A DNA stretch of 61,015 nt from an uncultured Bacilli bacterium (GCA_947628345.1 CANQZM010000002.1:1-61015); one strand, 5' to 3'. Shown: positions 1-10,570, counted from the first letter of the stretch. Notes: generated by a model from the sequence alone, not told the origin. Program-made: numbers and translations.

Positions 1-279
1 GAAATAGAAAGAGTAAATGAAAACCCGGAGTTTAGAGAATATATGAGTGCAGAAGAAGATAATAGAAAGATAGAAAACTCAATTAGAAGTGAAGGTTATG
101 AATTAGGTGTTAAACAAGGTTTAGAAAAAGGCTTAGAACAAGGAAAAAAAGAAGGCCATAAACAGGGGAAAAAAGAAGGCATTGAAGAAATAGTTAAAGA
201 AATGATGAAACAAAATTATCCAAAAGAAGAAATTAAAAATATTACTGGTATAGATATAAAAGATTTAGAAGAAATATGA
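1..279 (+). CDS. Rpn/YhgA-like putative transposase/nuclease, C-terminal fragment (5' end outside window)
   Basis: Frame 1 is open from base 1 (EIERVNENPEFREYMSAEED...). Charged repeats GLEKGLEQGKKEGHKQGKKEG followed by EEIKNITGIDIKDLEEI resemble Rpn-family tails. Recognised by eye only. Confidence 0.45.
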   Translation, partial: EIERVNENPEFREYMSAEEDNRKIENSIRSEGYELGVKQGLEKGLEQGKKEGHKQGKKEGIEEIVKEMMKQNYPKEEIKNITGIDIKDLEEI

Positions 280-359
280 AGAAATATTTCTTTTTTAGTA
301 TGACGTAAGAGATATTGTATAATGCAAATTCTTATCACTTAGAATACTTTCTATTTTTA

Positions 360-388
360 TTGAATCAAATAATAATTTATAGTATAAT
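360..388 (+). promoter_or_regulatory. Candidate sigma-A promoter for smc
   Basis: TTGAAT (360-365), 17-nt spacer, TATAAT (383-388), about 28 nt upstream of the smc start. Confidence 0.5.
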
Positions 389-415
389 AAGTGAAGTAGA
401 TAGGGTGATGATTAG

Positions 416-3367
416 ATGTATTTAAAGGAAATAGTCGCAAGTGGTTTTAAATCTTTTGCAGATAAAATTAATATAAAACTGGAAAATAAAATAACTTGTA
501 TTGTAGGACCTAATGGAAGTGGTAAAAGTAATGTTGTTGATGCAGTAAGATGGGTTTTAGGAGAACAATCAGTTAAATCACTACGTGGTGAAGGATCTAT
601 GAGTGAAGTTATTTTTTCTGGTAGTAAGAGTAGAAATCCCTTAAATGTAGCTTGGGTTGAATTAATTTTTGATAATACTGATCATTACTTAAATATTCCT
701 TATACAGAAATTTCTATTAAAAGAAGGGTATATCGTAGTGGAGAAAATGAATACTTTTTGAATAACGAAAAATGTCGATTAAAAGATATAACCAATCTAC
801 TTTTAGATAGTGGAGTTGGAAAAGAGTCTTTTAATATTATTTCACAAGGTGAAGTAGAAAGAATTCTTAGTAGTTCTCCGTTAGAACGACGTCTCATTTT
901 TGAAGAAGCTGCGGGTATTTTAAAATACAAAAAAAGAAAAGAAGAGGCACTTCATAAACTTGATCGTACTCATAATAATTTGGATAGAGTAAATGATATT
1001 ATTAGTGAACTAGAGATACAATTAACTCCTTTAAAGGAGCAAAGTGAAAAAGCCAAGGAATATCTAGAAAATAAGGAAGGTCTAGACAAATATGAAGTAG
1101 CCCTTTTAGCTTATGACATAGAACGATTATCTAATGAAGTTGAAAAAGCAAAAGAAAGAAAAGAACAACTAGAAAAGGAAATAATGGTGGTAACTAATGA
1201 ATTTTCAACTAGTGATGCAAAAGCTATTGAAGATAATAACAATTTAGAAAAATATGAACAAGAATTAGTAGCTATTAATACTCAATTAGTTTCTGTAGCT
1301 TCTTTGGTAGAGCGTATCAATGGTGAAAAGAATCTACTAAAAGAGCGAGCTAATACTAGTAGTACGGATATTACTCAAAAAATTCGTGATTTATTAGATA
1401 AAAAGGGTAATATAGAAAAAAGTAAAAAGTTAATTGATACTTCTTTAGAAACGGAAAGAAAAAACCTAGATACAATTAATAAAGATATAGATAATTCTAA
1501 AAATAGGCTAGATACTCTTAAAAAAGAAAAACTTATGGAACATAATGAATATTCTAGATTAGACAAAAATTTAATTAATCTTAATCATCGAATTGATTCT
1601 CTTATGTTAGAAATTGATCAAGGAGGTAACCTTCCTAGTAGTGTTAAAAATATCTTAAATAATTCTGAGTTGATAGGAATTCATAATACTCTTGGAAATA
1701 TTATTAATATTGAAGATAATTATATCAAAGCTTTAGAAGTAGCTATTGCTTCAAGTAAAAATTTTATTATCACTGAAAATGAAGATGCGGCTAAAGATGC
1801 GATTAATTATTTAAAAGATAATCATCTAGGTAGAGCTACTTTCTTTCCTTTAACTGTTATAAAACCTCGATATGTTGATAATGAGGCTTTAGCTAAAGTT
1901 AAAAATAGTACTGACTTTATAGCTGTTTTATCAGAACTAGTTGATTATGATAATAAATATAAAAATATTATTAGTAATCAATTAGGTACTACTTTAGTAG
2001 CAACAGATATTAATGCTGCGATTAGATTAAGCAAATTAATCTCTCATCGTTATAAGATAGTTACTTTAGCGGGTGATGTGATTCATGTTGGTGGCTCTAT
2101 GTCTGGAGGTAGTTCTTACCAAAGTAAAAGTATTGTATCTTTAAAACAAGAATTAATTACTACTCAGTCAAATAAAAAAGAAACTGAAATTAATTTACAA
2201 GCTATTACTAATAAAATTACACAAATTGATACAGAAATGAGTAGGTTAAATGAAACTTATTTACAATTAGCAAATCAACAGGTTATTATTAAAGATTTAA
2301 TTAATAGTAAGCAACAAGAATTAGATAATTTAGATAAAGAATTAGAAGATTTAAATAGAGAAATTTCTAGTTTTAAGGGATTAGAAGCTAACAATTTAAG
2401 CGAGATGGAGGAAAGTTTAATCAATCAATATCATGAACAAAATGCTTTAAAAGAAGAACTACTGTTGAGGCAAAAGAACCTATCTAATAAGATAGAAGAT
2501 TTAAAAGAAAAAATTGAGATGAGAATGGTTGATGATAAACAAAAAAACTTTAATTTAAAAAAATTAGAGAAAGAATCTAGACAATTAGAAATAGATATAA
2601 CACGTAATGATGTTAAATTAGATAATATGTTAACTACATTAAATGAAGATTATTCTCTTACTTATGAAAGAGCTAGAAAAGAGTACTTTTTAGATATCGA
2701 AGTCGAAGAAGCTCGTTTAAAAGTTAATACTTATAGGTCTAATATCAAAAGAATAGGTATGGTTAATTTAGCTGCCATTGATGAATTTGAAAGAGTTAAT
2801 ACTAGATATGACTTTCTTACTAAACAAAAGGAAGATTTACTTACTGCCGAAGATACTTTATTAGAAATAATGAATGAAATGGATGAAGTAATGATTGAGG
2901 AGTTTGAAACAACTTTTGAAAAAGTAAGGTGTGAGTTTAAGCAGGTTTTTAGAGAATTATTTAATGGTGGTAATGCAGATTTAAAATTAACTAATCCTGA
3001 TGATTTATTAACAACTGGAATTGAAATAGTCGCAAGTCCTCCTGGTAAAAAATTAACTACTATTAATTTATTATCTGGAGGAGAAAAAACTTTTACTGCC
3101 ATCAGTTTATTATTTTCTATTTTGAATGTTAAAACTGTACCATTTTGTTTATTTGATGAAGTAGAAGCTGCCTTAGATGAAGCCAACGTTGAATCTTTTG
3201 GTAAATATCTATATAATTATAAAGATAAAACTCAATTTTTAATTATAACCCATAAAAAGAAAACTATGGAATTTGCCGATGTTTTATATGGTATTACAAT
3301 GCAAGAATCTGGAGTTTCTAAATTGGTCAGTGTTAAATTAAATGATAAAGAATCAACTAATGGTTGA
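416..3367 (+). CDS. smc: Chromosome segregation protein SMC (short, 983 aa)
   Basis: Walker A GPNGSGKSN, long coiled-coil arms, a central hinge, signature LSGGEK and Walker B LFDEVEAALD. Confidence 0.95.
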   Translation: MYLKEIVASGFKSFADKINIKLENKITCIVGPNGSGKSNVVDAVRWVLGEQSVKSLRGEGSMSEVIFSGSKSRNPLNVAWVELIFDNTDHYLNIPYTEISIKRRVYRSGENEYFLNNEKCRLKDITNLLLDSGVGKESFNIISQGEVERILSSSPLERRLIFEEAAGILKYKKRKEEALHKLDRTHNNLDRVNDIISELEIQLTPLKEQSEKAKEYLENKEGLDKYEVALLAYDIERLSNEVEKAKERKEQLEKEIMVVTNEFSTSDAKAIEDNNNLEKYEQELVAINTQLVSVASLVERINGEKNLLKERANTSSTDITQKIRDLLDKKGNIEKSKKLIDTSLETERKNLDTINKDIDNSKNRLDTLKKEKLMEHNEYSRLDKNLINLNHRIDSLMLEIDQGGNLPSSVKNILNNSELIGIHNTLGNIINIEDNYIKALEVAIASSKNFIITENEDAAKDAINYLKDNHLGRATFFPLTVIKPRYVDNEALAKVKNSTDFIAVLSELVDYDNKYKNIISNQLGTTLVATDINAAIRLSKLISHRYKIVTLAGDVIHVGGSMSGGSSYQSKSIVSLKQELITTQSNKKETEINLQAITNKITQIDTEMSRLNETYLQLANQQVIIKDLINSKQQELDNLDKELEDLNREISSFKGLEANNLSEMEESLINQYHEQNALKEELLLRQKNLSNKIEDLKEKIEMRMVDDKQKNFNLKKLEKESRQLEIDITRNDVKLDNMLTTLNEDYSLTYERARKEYFLDIEVEEARLKVNTYRSNIKRIGMVNLAAIDEFERVNTRYDFLTKQKEDLLTAEDTLLEIMNEMDEVMIEEFETTFEKVRCEFKQVFRELFNGGNADLKLTNPDDLLTTGIEIVASPPGKKLTTINLLSGGEKTFTAISLLFSILNVKTVPFCLFDEVEAALDEANVESFGKYLYNYKDKTQFLIITHKKKTMEFADVLYGITMQESGVSKLVSVKLNDKESTNG

Positions 3368-3434
3368 TTTTTTAAATGGGATAGTTTATCATAAAAAGGT
3401 GTTTTAAAAGATTAAAATAATTAACAAATGATAG

Positions 3435-4943
3435 GTGATTAATGTGATAGATGAAAAAAAACTAGAAAAAATTTATGAGGCCGTATCTGATAATGTAGTA
3501 TTAACAAAACAAGAATTAATTAGTTATGGCTTTAAAGAGGAGGAATTAACTGAATTAGTTAAGAGAGGAATACTATTAGAAAATGATAATGATTATTCTT
3601 TAAAAAAAACTAAAGGTTTATTTTTGTATGGGAAAAAATATATAAATGATGATAAAGATAAAGCTGTTACTATTTTTGAAAAATGTGTGGAAATTAATCC
3701 TAAAGATTATTATGCTATTTTTCAATTATTTTTAATTAATATTCAGAATGAAAATTATGAAAGTGCTTTAAAATATTTTGATATTTTATATGAAAATAAT
3801 AATAATCGTTTTTATAGCTCAAATTACAATTTATATTTATATTTATTAAATTTTATTACTTCTTTACCAGATAAATATATTAATATTGTGAAAAATTTAA
3901 AAAGTGATGATTTACTAGTTTATCCATGGGATAAACGATATAATAATACACGTATCCATAATAATATGAGAATATCTATTTTTAATCAAAAGTTTACTCA
4001 AGCTAAAAGTCAATTATTAAACTGTGCAGATAAAAATCATTTTAATATATCTGAATATTTGATAAACTTATTGTTAACTCAAGCAATAGCTATTGATAGT
4101 GAGATGGAACAATTACTTAGTGCTAATTTAACTAGAGTTTATGATAAAGGTATATCAATTTTAAAACCACTAACAGTACCAGAAACTACAGCTATAGGTA
4201 AAATGGTAGAAAAAACACCTAATTTAACTTATTTTGAAATTGAATTTGAACAGGTTAAGAGAATAGTATTAAAAAATAAATTAGATCCAGTAGAAAAAAT
4301 TGATATGTCTAAGTTATTAAAATTAGCTTACCAATCATTTCAAAATAGAGATTATGATGATTGTATTAATAACTACCGAAAAATATTAAAAAATTGGGAG
4401 AAAAATCCTAAGGTATTTATATTTGCTAATCTTGGGTTAGCTTATCTAGAAAAAGAGGATTTTGCAACTGCACTTGATTATCTTACAGTAGCAACAGCTT
4501 TAAATAAGGGATTAGAAACTAAGTATGATTTTTCTAAACAAATTAGTTATATAAGTAAAGAATGTCTAGAAGAATATGAAATTTATGATAATTTTATGGA
4601 AGAATTTAATAAACCAGTTGATCAATATTATGGTATAAATAATATTTCTGATATTATTGAGTTAGTTTCTAATGGTATTAATTTAAATGAAGCTTGCGAA
4701 AGATTAAATTTAACTGAAGAACAGAAAAACATAGTGACACTAATTTTTGCTAGAGAATGGTATACATTAGGGAATTATCAGGTTGGAGATAGCTATTTAA
4801 AAATGGTAGAAAAGACTCCTAATAAGTCTAAATTTACTAATTCATTATTAACAGAGATACGTAAAAATAAGAATTTTTATAAAAATAGAATTGATGATAA
4901 TTATCAGTCAATTCTAGTTAAAACTAAGACGAAAATAAAATAA
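3435..4943 (+). CDS. TPR-like repeat protein, function unknown
   Basis: 502-aa ORF with repeated A/Y/L-spaced helical motifs (NYESALKYFDILYE, DFATALDYLTVATALN). The start is ambiguous: GTG 3435, or GTG 3444 which sits behind AGGTGA. Confidence 0.55.
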   Translation: MINVIDEKKLEKIYEAVSDNVVLTKQELISYGFKEEELTELVKRGILLENDNDYSLKKTKGLFLYGKKYINDDKDKAVTIFEKCVEINPKDYYAIFQLFLINIQNENYESALKYFDILYENNNNRFYSSNYNLYLYLLNFITSLPDKYINIVKNLKSDDLLVYPWDKRYNNTRIHNNMRISIFNQKFTQAKSQLLNCADKNHFNISEYLINLLLTQAIAIDSEMEQLLSANLTRVYDKGISILKPLTVPETTAIGKMVEKTPNLTYFEIEFEQVKRIVLKNKLDPVEKIDMSKLLKLAYQSFQNRDYDDCINNYRKILKNWEKNPKVFIFANLGLAYLEKEDFATALDYLTVATALNKGLETKYDFSKQISYISKECLEEYEIYDNFMEEFNKPVDQYYGINNISDIIELVSNGINLNEACERLNLTEEQKNIVTLIFAREWYTLGNYQVGDSYLKMVEKTPNKSKFTNSLLTEIRKNKNFYKNRIDDNYQSILVKTKTKIK

Positions 4944-5017
4944 TAAGTATACATAATTATTAACTCTATTTTCTTATAATAAATATTCTTAATTTTAATG
5001 TTAAAAATTAAAATGTA

Positions 5018-5026
5018 TGTTATAAT
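5018..5026 (+). promoter_or_regulatory. Extended -10 promoter element (TGtTATAAT)
   Basis: TG at 5018-5019 and TATAAT at 5021-5026, about 28 nt upstream of the ATG at 5054. Confidence 0.4.
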
Positions 5027-5053
5027 CTTTTTATAAGAATAGAGGTGGTTCTT

Positions 5054-6244
5054 ATGGTGTGCCCAAAGTGTGGTAATTTAGTAGATGCAAATTCAAAATT
5101 TTGCAACAAATGTGGTAATCCAATAAATGAACAACAAAGTCAAAATACTTTTAATTCTAATCAGGTTGTGCCTATAGAAAATTATAATCGTTCCATAAAT
5201 AATAAAAATAATAAAATGATTTTGATTGGTGTTGGGGTAGGATTATTATTGGTATTTTTAATAACTTTTGTTATTGTGAAAAATCAAGGAAAATATTATT
5301 TTGATACTAATCCAAATAAGTCAAATAATGAAATAGCAAAGACTTCTAACACATCTACAAAAAAGGGTAAGTATAGTACAGCAATAGTTTATGATAATAC
5401 TTATTCTGGTGTTAAAATTTCAAATGATAAAGATGCCTTTTCATTAATTGAAAAGGATTCAGTCTCTCAAAAAGATAATTGTCCTTCAGAAATAAGAAAA
5501 GTAGAAGATCAAATTATTAATAACTATGGTATTACAGCAGTTAATTTATGTGAAATGGATGTTGATTTTGCTAAAGAATTAGGTAATGTATTTAAAAAAA
5601 TTTACGAAGAATATCCTAGTGTTAGAGGATATATAACTAATTTGACTTTAGTCAATGTTTCTATGAGTGATAACTATATAGCAGCTTTTATGCCAGTGTT
5701 TAATTTTGCAACTGCGGATACTGCTTCTACTTATCCTTGGGTAATTAAAACTCAAGTATTATTAAATACATCGTACTTTTTAAATAAAGAAAGATTACAA
5801 TCATCTGTTAGTGAGGGATCTAACTCAGGACATTTTCCAAAAAATTCTACGATATACTCACCAGTTGCTCATGAATTAGGGCATTATTTATCGTTTCTTG
5901 CTATGATGAAACACTATGAATTAAATTCTATATTATTAGTTGATAATAGTAATATTAATACTTTTTATAAATTATATGATGATTTTGGAAAAGGAAATTA
6001 TTCACTAACAATGATTAATGAAGCGTTTGATAAGTATAAAAAAGATGTTAATACATCAATGAGTTTAGATGAGTGGCGACAAACGATATCTAATTATGCT
6101 CTTGCCAAAAATAATAGTGGTGAATATATTTATGATGAAACAATAGCCGAATCCTTTCATGATGTTTATTTAAATGGTGATAATGCTAGTGATGCAAGCA
6201 AATATATTGTATCGGTTTTAAAGGCAAAATTGGAAGGTAGGTGA
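5054..6244 (+). CDS. Membrane-anchored protein with an N-terminal zinc ribbon and an extracytoplasmic domain carrying HEXXH
   Basis: CPKCGNLVDANSKFCNKCGN zinc ribbon, one TM segment (MILIGVGVGLLLVFLITFVIV) and an HELGH motif (PVAHELGHYLSF). ATG 5054 follows the RBS AGAGGTGG; the track ORF starts at GTG 5045. Confidence 0.6.
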   Translation: MVCPKCGNLVDANSKFCNKCGNPINEQQSQNTFNSNQVVPIENYNRSINNKNNKMILIGVGVGLLLVFLITFVIVKNQGKYYFDTNPNKSNNEIAKTSNTSTKKGKYSTAIVYDNTYSGVKISNDKDAFSLIEKDSVSQKDNCPSEIRKVEDQIINNYGITAVNLCEMDVDFAKELGNVFKKIYEEYPSVRGYITNLTLVNVSMSDNYIAAFMPVFNFATADTASTYPWVIKTQVLLNTSYFLNKERLQSSVSEGSNSGHFPKNSTIYSPVAHELGHYLSFLAMMKHYELNSILLVDNSNINTFYKLYDDFGKGNYSLTMINEAFDKYKKDVNTSMSLDEWRQTISNYALAKNNSGEYIYDETIAESFHDVYLNGDNASDASKYIVSVLKAKLEGR

Positions 6245-6249
6245 TTGGT

Positions 6250-7986
6250 ATGAAAAAACAAATATTTATATTAATAATTTTAATATCTATAAGTACAGTC
6301 ACTGTATATGCTTTATCTAATAATTTTAATTTTGATACATCTAAATTATCATTTACCTCTAATAGTAAGAAAGCAAAAGTGGTTGATAACTTTAATAAAA
6401 ATTATAATTTAACTTATTCTATATCAAGTGAAAATAAAGAACTTGAAGAAGAAATAAAAAAACTTACAAAAAAGACAACTTATTTATTATTTGGTGGATT
6501 TAATAATACAGATGAAACAAGTGAAAATTATTATAAAAGACATAAAGATTGGTTCGATCTAAGATATAATCCAAAAGTTCCTGAAGTTCCAAAAGATGAC
6601 AAAAATCCTTTTGGATTAGATACTTCTAGTCAAGAATATAAAGATGATTTAGTATCAGGATTAGCTATACCACAAATATTTAATCAAGCAAATGAAATGG
6701 GATTACTTTACAATTCGTATGGTGATATTAGAGTAACATTTAATGATGACATTATAATAAGTTCTATTACCCTACCAAATGTAAAAATTAAAGAACAAAG
6801 TAAAGAAGATCCTATGAAATATGATTATATTGAGACAAATTATGTAATGTATTATTATTATAAAAAATTAAATGATGAATGGAAATTATATTATTTATAT
6901 GGCGAATCTACTGATGAAGTAAGTGATTATTTTAGTGAAATAGAATCAACCGAAACAAAAGAAACAATGGCAATCGCTCCATCTTATGAGTCAAAATTAG
7001 GTACGGTATATAGTTTTGAAAAATTAGAAAGTATGACTCAAGAAGAACTAAATAATGTTTATAATTCAAACATCAATAATATTGTATATTTAAATAGTTA
7101 TTACAATAATATGGTTGTTAGTTCTGCTAATGGGTTCTTTATTAATGATGGAATGATTGTAACTACATGGAATTTCATAGAAAAATCATTAATAGATGCT
7201 CAATATATAACAGTTAAGGATAGTAATTTAAATACGTATGAAGTTGATGGTATAGTAACGGCTAATCCAGAGACTGATGTAGTTGTTATTAAGCTCAAAA
7301 AATCAGATACACCTGTTGCAAAAATAGGTGATTCGAAATTGTTAAAAACAGAAGATCCTGTAATAACAATTAGTAGTAAATCTAGTGCAGGTGCAATGGT
7401 ACAAACAGGTATAGTAATTTCTAATGATGATTATATTCAAACTTCAATTCCATTATTAAATCAAGATGAAGGAAGCCCACTTTTAAATCAAAATGGAGAA
7501 GTAGTAGGGATAAATACATCTAAATCTACAAATGCTAGTGTATCTATTGCAATAAATTCAGAGGTTTTAAAGGAAATTCAAAATAAATTTTCAAATATTA
7601 ATTTTAAGGATATAAAATGTATTTCTTTTGATGAATTGAAAGAAAAATATTATTATACCAAATATAACGATGAAAGTATTATTAACAATATTCCTAAGAA
7701 TAAGTGGAAAGAATATTCAAAAATTGGTAATATTGAAAAAACAATTAATTTAGAACTAGTTAAAGCAAGTTATAAAGATGGTATTGTAAGTTTAAGATAT
7801 AAAAATGGTATAACAAAATATATAAATAGTATGCAATTGTCTATTAATTTTAAAGAACAGTTATTAAAAGATGGTTATAAGTTAATAATGGATAATACTT
7901 CAAAGGCAATATATCAAAATGATAAATACCAAGTAATTATAATGGATGAGTTTGATTATTTAATAGTAGTGATGGTGAAGTTATGA
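6250..7986 (+). CDS. Secreted or membrane-anchored protein with a C-terminal trypsin-like (S1C/HtrA-type) fold that appears catalytically degenerate
   Basis: Signal-like N-terminus MKKQIFILIILISISTVTVYA. The segment GFFINDGMIVTTWNF...DVVVIKL...DEGSPLLNQNGEVVGINT lines up with the trypsin-like peptidase pattern. The start overlaps the upstream stop. ATG 6250 follows AGGTGA. Confidence 0.6.
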   Translation: MKKQIFILIILISISTVTVYALSNNFNFDTSKLSFTSNSKKAKVVDNFNKNYNLTYSISSENKELEEEIKKLTKKTTYLLFGGFNNTDETSENYYKRHKDWFDLRYNPKVPEVPKDDKNPFGLDTSSQEYKDDLVSGLAIPQIFNQANEMGLLYNSYGDIRVTFNDDIIISSITLPNVKIKEQSKEDPMKYDYIETNYVMYYYYKKLNDEWKLYYLYGESTDEVSDYFSEIESTETKETMAIAPSYESKLGTVYSFEKLESMTQEELNNVYNSNINNIVYLNSYYNNMVVSSANGFFINDGMIVTTWNFIEKSLIDAQYITVKDSNLNTYEVDGIVTANPETDVVVIKLKKSDTPVAKIGDSKLLKTEDPVITISSKSSAGAMVQTGIVISNDDYIQTSIPLLNQDEGSPLLNQNGEVVGINTSKSTNASVSIAINSEVLKEIQNKFSNINFKDIKCISFDELKEKYYYTKYNDESIINNIPKNKWKEYSKIGNIEKTINLELVKASYKDGIVSLRYKNGITKYINSMQLSINFKEQLLKDGYKLIMDNTSKAIYQNDKYQVIIMDEFDYLIVVMVKL

Positions 7987-9656
7987 TGAAAAAAGTATTA
8001 GACATTATAAAAGTATATAAATTTGCAATAATAACAGCGTTAATAATTTTATTAATAGGAATGACTTTGTTTTGGTTACTTCCTATTAACAAAAGAAATT
8101 TAATAAAAGAAATAGATGAAACTAATTATTATTTAAGTTATGATAATACCTGGAAAGTTAATAAAAAATCAGATAATTTGATTATTTTAAAACATAATAG
8201 TGGTAGTAAATTAACGATACAAATAAGTAGCTTAATAGATGAATATAGTTATGCAACTATGGATGAATTAATTGATGAATTAATATATAACATGCAAAAA
8301 CAAAATCCTAATTATAAGTTATTATCAAAAACACAGGATAAGCTAACTAAAGATGAATTTGATGGATATAAAATTTTATATGAAAATCGCAAAGAACAAG
8401 TTATGGTAGATATTTATAAAAAAGGTGATAAACTTGTTTTGATTCAATACGAAGCTAAGAATGATTATTTTGATATTTTACTAGATAGTGTTCAGTCAAT
8501 CATCTATAATTTAGACATAAAAGATGAAAAATTTGATTTAAGCAATAGTTTAAAATTGAATATCACTGATCCTAATTATTCAAAAAGTAAGGAATTAGAT
8601 AAAGCTATTACTAAAAGTAAAACTTATGAAGTCGCTCATAATAATTATTATGTTAAATATTCTATTCCATCTAACTTTATACTTAGATCTCTTGATTCTT
8701 CTTTTGAAGATTTTGATTTAGCATTAGATTCAGGAAAAATTAACCTAACAGTTAATATATTTAATAAGAATATTTATGAATATTTAAATAAAGATGAAAC
8801 AAATGGAGTATATACTAACTATAAATATTATAAAACTAATAAAGATTACTCTGATTTTGAAGAAACATTAACAAAGTTAAAAAGTAATTATGATAGTTAT
8901 ATTTATAAAAACAGCTATTATTATAATAAAGCATTTAAATATGATGAAAAATTTGGTAAAACTAAATATAAGAGAAAAGATGAAAATGCTGAATTAATTT
9001 ATGCTTTAAATAATAGTCATATATTGGTTATTTCTATAAAGACAACAGGTGTACCTATTACAGAAAGATTGATAAATAATATTAAAATTAAGAAATCTAA
9101 AAATTATGCAAGTTATGTTAAGACTAAAAAAGAAAATAACCTACTTATTGGAACATTACAAAGATATAGTGATAATAGTCATAAAAAGATAGATTATATT
9201 ACATTGAAAGTACCAGATAAATATCAAGAGCTAGATAAAAATACCAATATTTATTTAGAAAGAAAATATGCACTTAATTATAATGAGGATATGTTAATAT
9301 ATGATTATGAAGTGCATTATGAATTAACAACTTTCAAAGAAGACTTTATTATAAATAATATTAATACAACATATATATCATCTAATTATGGAGAGTCTCA
9401 TCAACTAACATATTCTGGTGATTTGACGTTAAATGATAAAGTTTTTAGAGTTTATGATGGTGGATATACTGATTTGAGTGGTATAATGTTTACTGATATA
9501 AATAGACAAAAATATTATGTTACTAAAAAAGTTTTAGTATATAAAATCTCAGATGAAGAAATTTTATATATAGAAATTGATGGAAATGGTAAAGGATTGG
9601 GTGATGATGTTTTAAAAGAATTAACAAATTTTATTGTCGAAATAAAAGAAAATTAA
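7983..9656 (+). CDS. Hypothetical membrane-anchored protein (557 aa)
   Basis: ATGA start/stop overlap with the upstream gene. One N-terminal TM segment (FAIITALIILLIGMTLFWLL). No recognisable catalytic motifs. Confidence 0.5.
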   Translation: MMKKVLDIIKVYKFAIITALIILLIGMTLFWLLPINKRNLIKEIDETNYYLSYDNTWKVNKKSDNLIILKHNSGSKLTIQISSLIDEYSYATMDELIDELIYNMQKQNPNYKLLSKTQDKLTKDEFDGYKILYENRKEQVMVDIYKKGDKLVLIQYEAKNDYFDILLDSVQSIIYNLDIKDEKFDLSNSLKLNITDPNYSKSKELDKAITKSKTYEVAHNNYYVKYSIPSNFILRSLDSSFEDFDLALDSGKINLTVNIFNKNIYEYLNKDETNGVYTNYKYYKTNKDYSDFEETLTKLKSNYDSYIYKNSYYYNKAFKYDEKFGKTKYKRKDENAELIYALNNSHILVISIKTTGVPITERLINNIKIKKSKNYASYVKTKKENNLLIGTLQRYSDNSHKKIDYITLKVPDKYQELDKNTNIYLERKYALNYNEDMLIYDYEVHYELTTFKEDFIINNINTTYISSNYGESHQLTYSGDLTLNDKVFRVYDGGYTDLSGIMFTDINRQKYYVTKKVLVYKISDEEILYIEIDGNGKGLGDDVLKELTNFIVEIKEN

Positions 9657-9680
9657 AGTAGAAAAAGAGAGGTAATTAAA

Positions 9681-10523
9681 ATGAATTGTAAAAAATGTGG
9701 ATTTCCATTAACAGGGGATGACCAATTTTGTAAAAACTGTGGGGCAGCAGTATCTGCTCAAAATGAACAAAATAATATGCAACAACCAATTAATAATCAG
9801 ATGAATCAACAACAGTATCAAGCACCTCAACAAAATTATAATCAATCTTCATTTGAAAATGGATATAATCAAAACCCAAATCAACAACAAAATCCAAATG
9901 GAAGTTTTAAATATGTTATTATTGGTGTAATAATGTTAGTTGCAATAGTTGCATCAGTTATGATAACTAATATGATTAATAATAAAAATAATAATAAATA
10001 TGGTGATGGCTCAACTGATAATTCAGGACTTACAAAGACATCATCTAGCAAATCTTATAAAGTAAACTTTGAGGGATTTACATTTACTATTCCGGATAAT
10101 TTAGTTTATTCAGAACAAAATGGTGTATTACTTATTGGTAATGAAGAGGGTACTTGGGTTACCCAATTAGAGATAGCACAAGGAAGCTTTACACAATTGA
10201 AAAATAATAAAAGTCAACTATCTGTAATAATGCAACAAAATGGATATACGTGTAGCGCAGCAGAAGAAAAAACAATTGGAGGAGTAGAATTTATAACAAT
10301 GGAACTTGCCTATGGTGGACAAAAGGCAATTGAAGCTTTAGCAAGAGCAAATTCAATGTATTTCATAGGTGTTACAGCATATAATCAAGATAATGATATA
10401 GATTACAAATTGTTAGAAACAGTAGCACCTATTATTAATTCTGCTGAACAAATATCAGCTTCAAATAGTATTGCTCCAGAAACTTCATTTGATGTTAGTA
10501 AATTTTCTGAATTGGCTAAATAA
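9681..10523 (+). CDS. Zinc-ribbon protein with a Q/N-rich linker, one TM segment and an extracytoplasmic domain
   Basis: NCKKCGFPLTGDDQFCKNCGA, then a Q/N-rich stretch, then TM YVIIGVIMLVAIVASVMITNMI. RBS GAGAGGTAA lies upstream. Confidence 0.6.
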   Translation: MNCKKCGFPLTGDDQFCKNCGAAVSAQNEQNNMQQPINNQMNQQQYQAPQQNYNQSSFENGYNQNPNQQQNPNGSFKYVIIGVIMLVAIVASVMITNMINNKNNNKYGDGSTDNSGLTKTSSSKSYKVNFEGFTFTIPDNLVYSEQNGVLLIGNEEGTWVTQLEIAQGSFTQLKNNKSQLSVIMQQNGYTCSAAEEKTIGGVEFITMELAYGGQKAIEALARANSMYFIGVTAYNQDNDIDYKLLETVAPIINSAEQISASNSIAPETSFDVSKFSELAK

Positions 10524-10549
10524 AAATGTAGCTGGATTAATAACTAAGA

Positions 10550-10570
10550 AAGGGATTTTATATCCCTTTT
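10550..10570 (+). terminator. Intrinsic terminator candidate
   Basis: AAGGGAT-tttat-ATCCCTT hairpin running into a T tract. Confidence 0.5.

Noticed and set aside
700-3186. Minus-strand ORFs inside smc (700-930, 1375-1566, 2731-3186).
   Set aside because: They are antisense to a gene with strong motifs. Their products are low-complexity S/L/F-rich, as expected from reading an AT-rich K/E-rich gene backwards, and they have no RBS.
9770-9900. Q/N-rich stretch in the 280-aa zinc-ribbon protein. I considered it as a prion-like or repeat feature.
   Set aside because: It is a short compositionally biased linker without a DNA-level repeat structure, which is common in AT-rich genomes.
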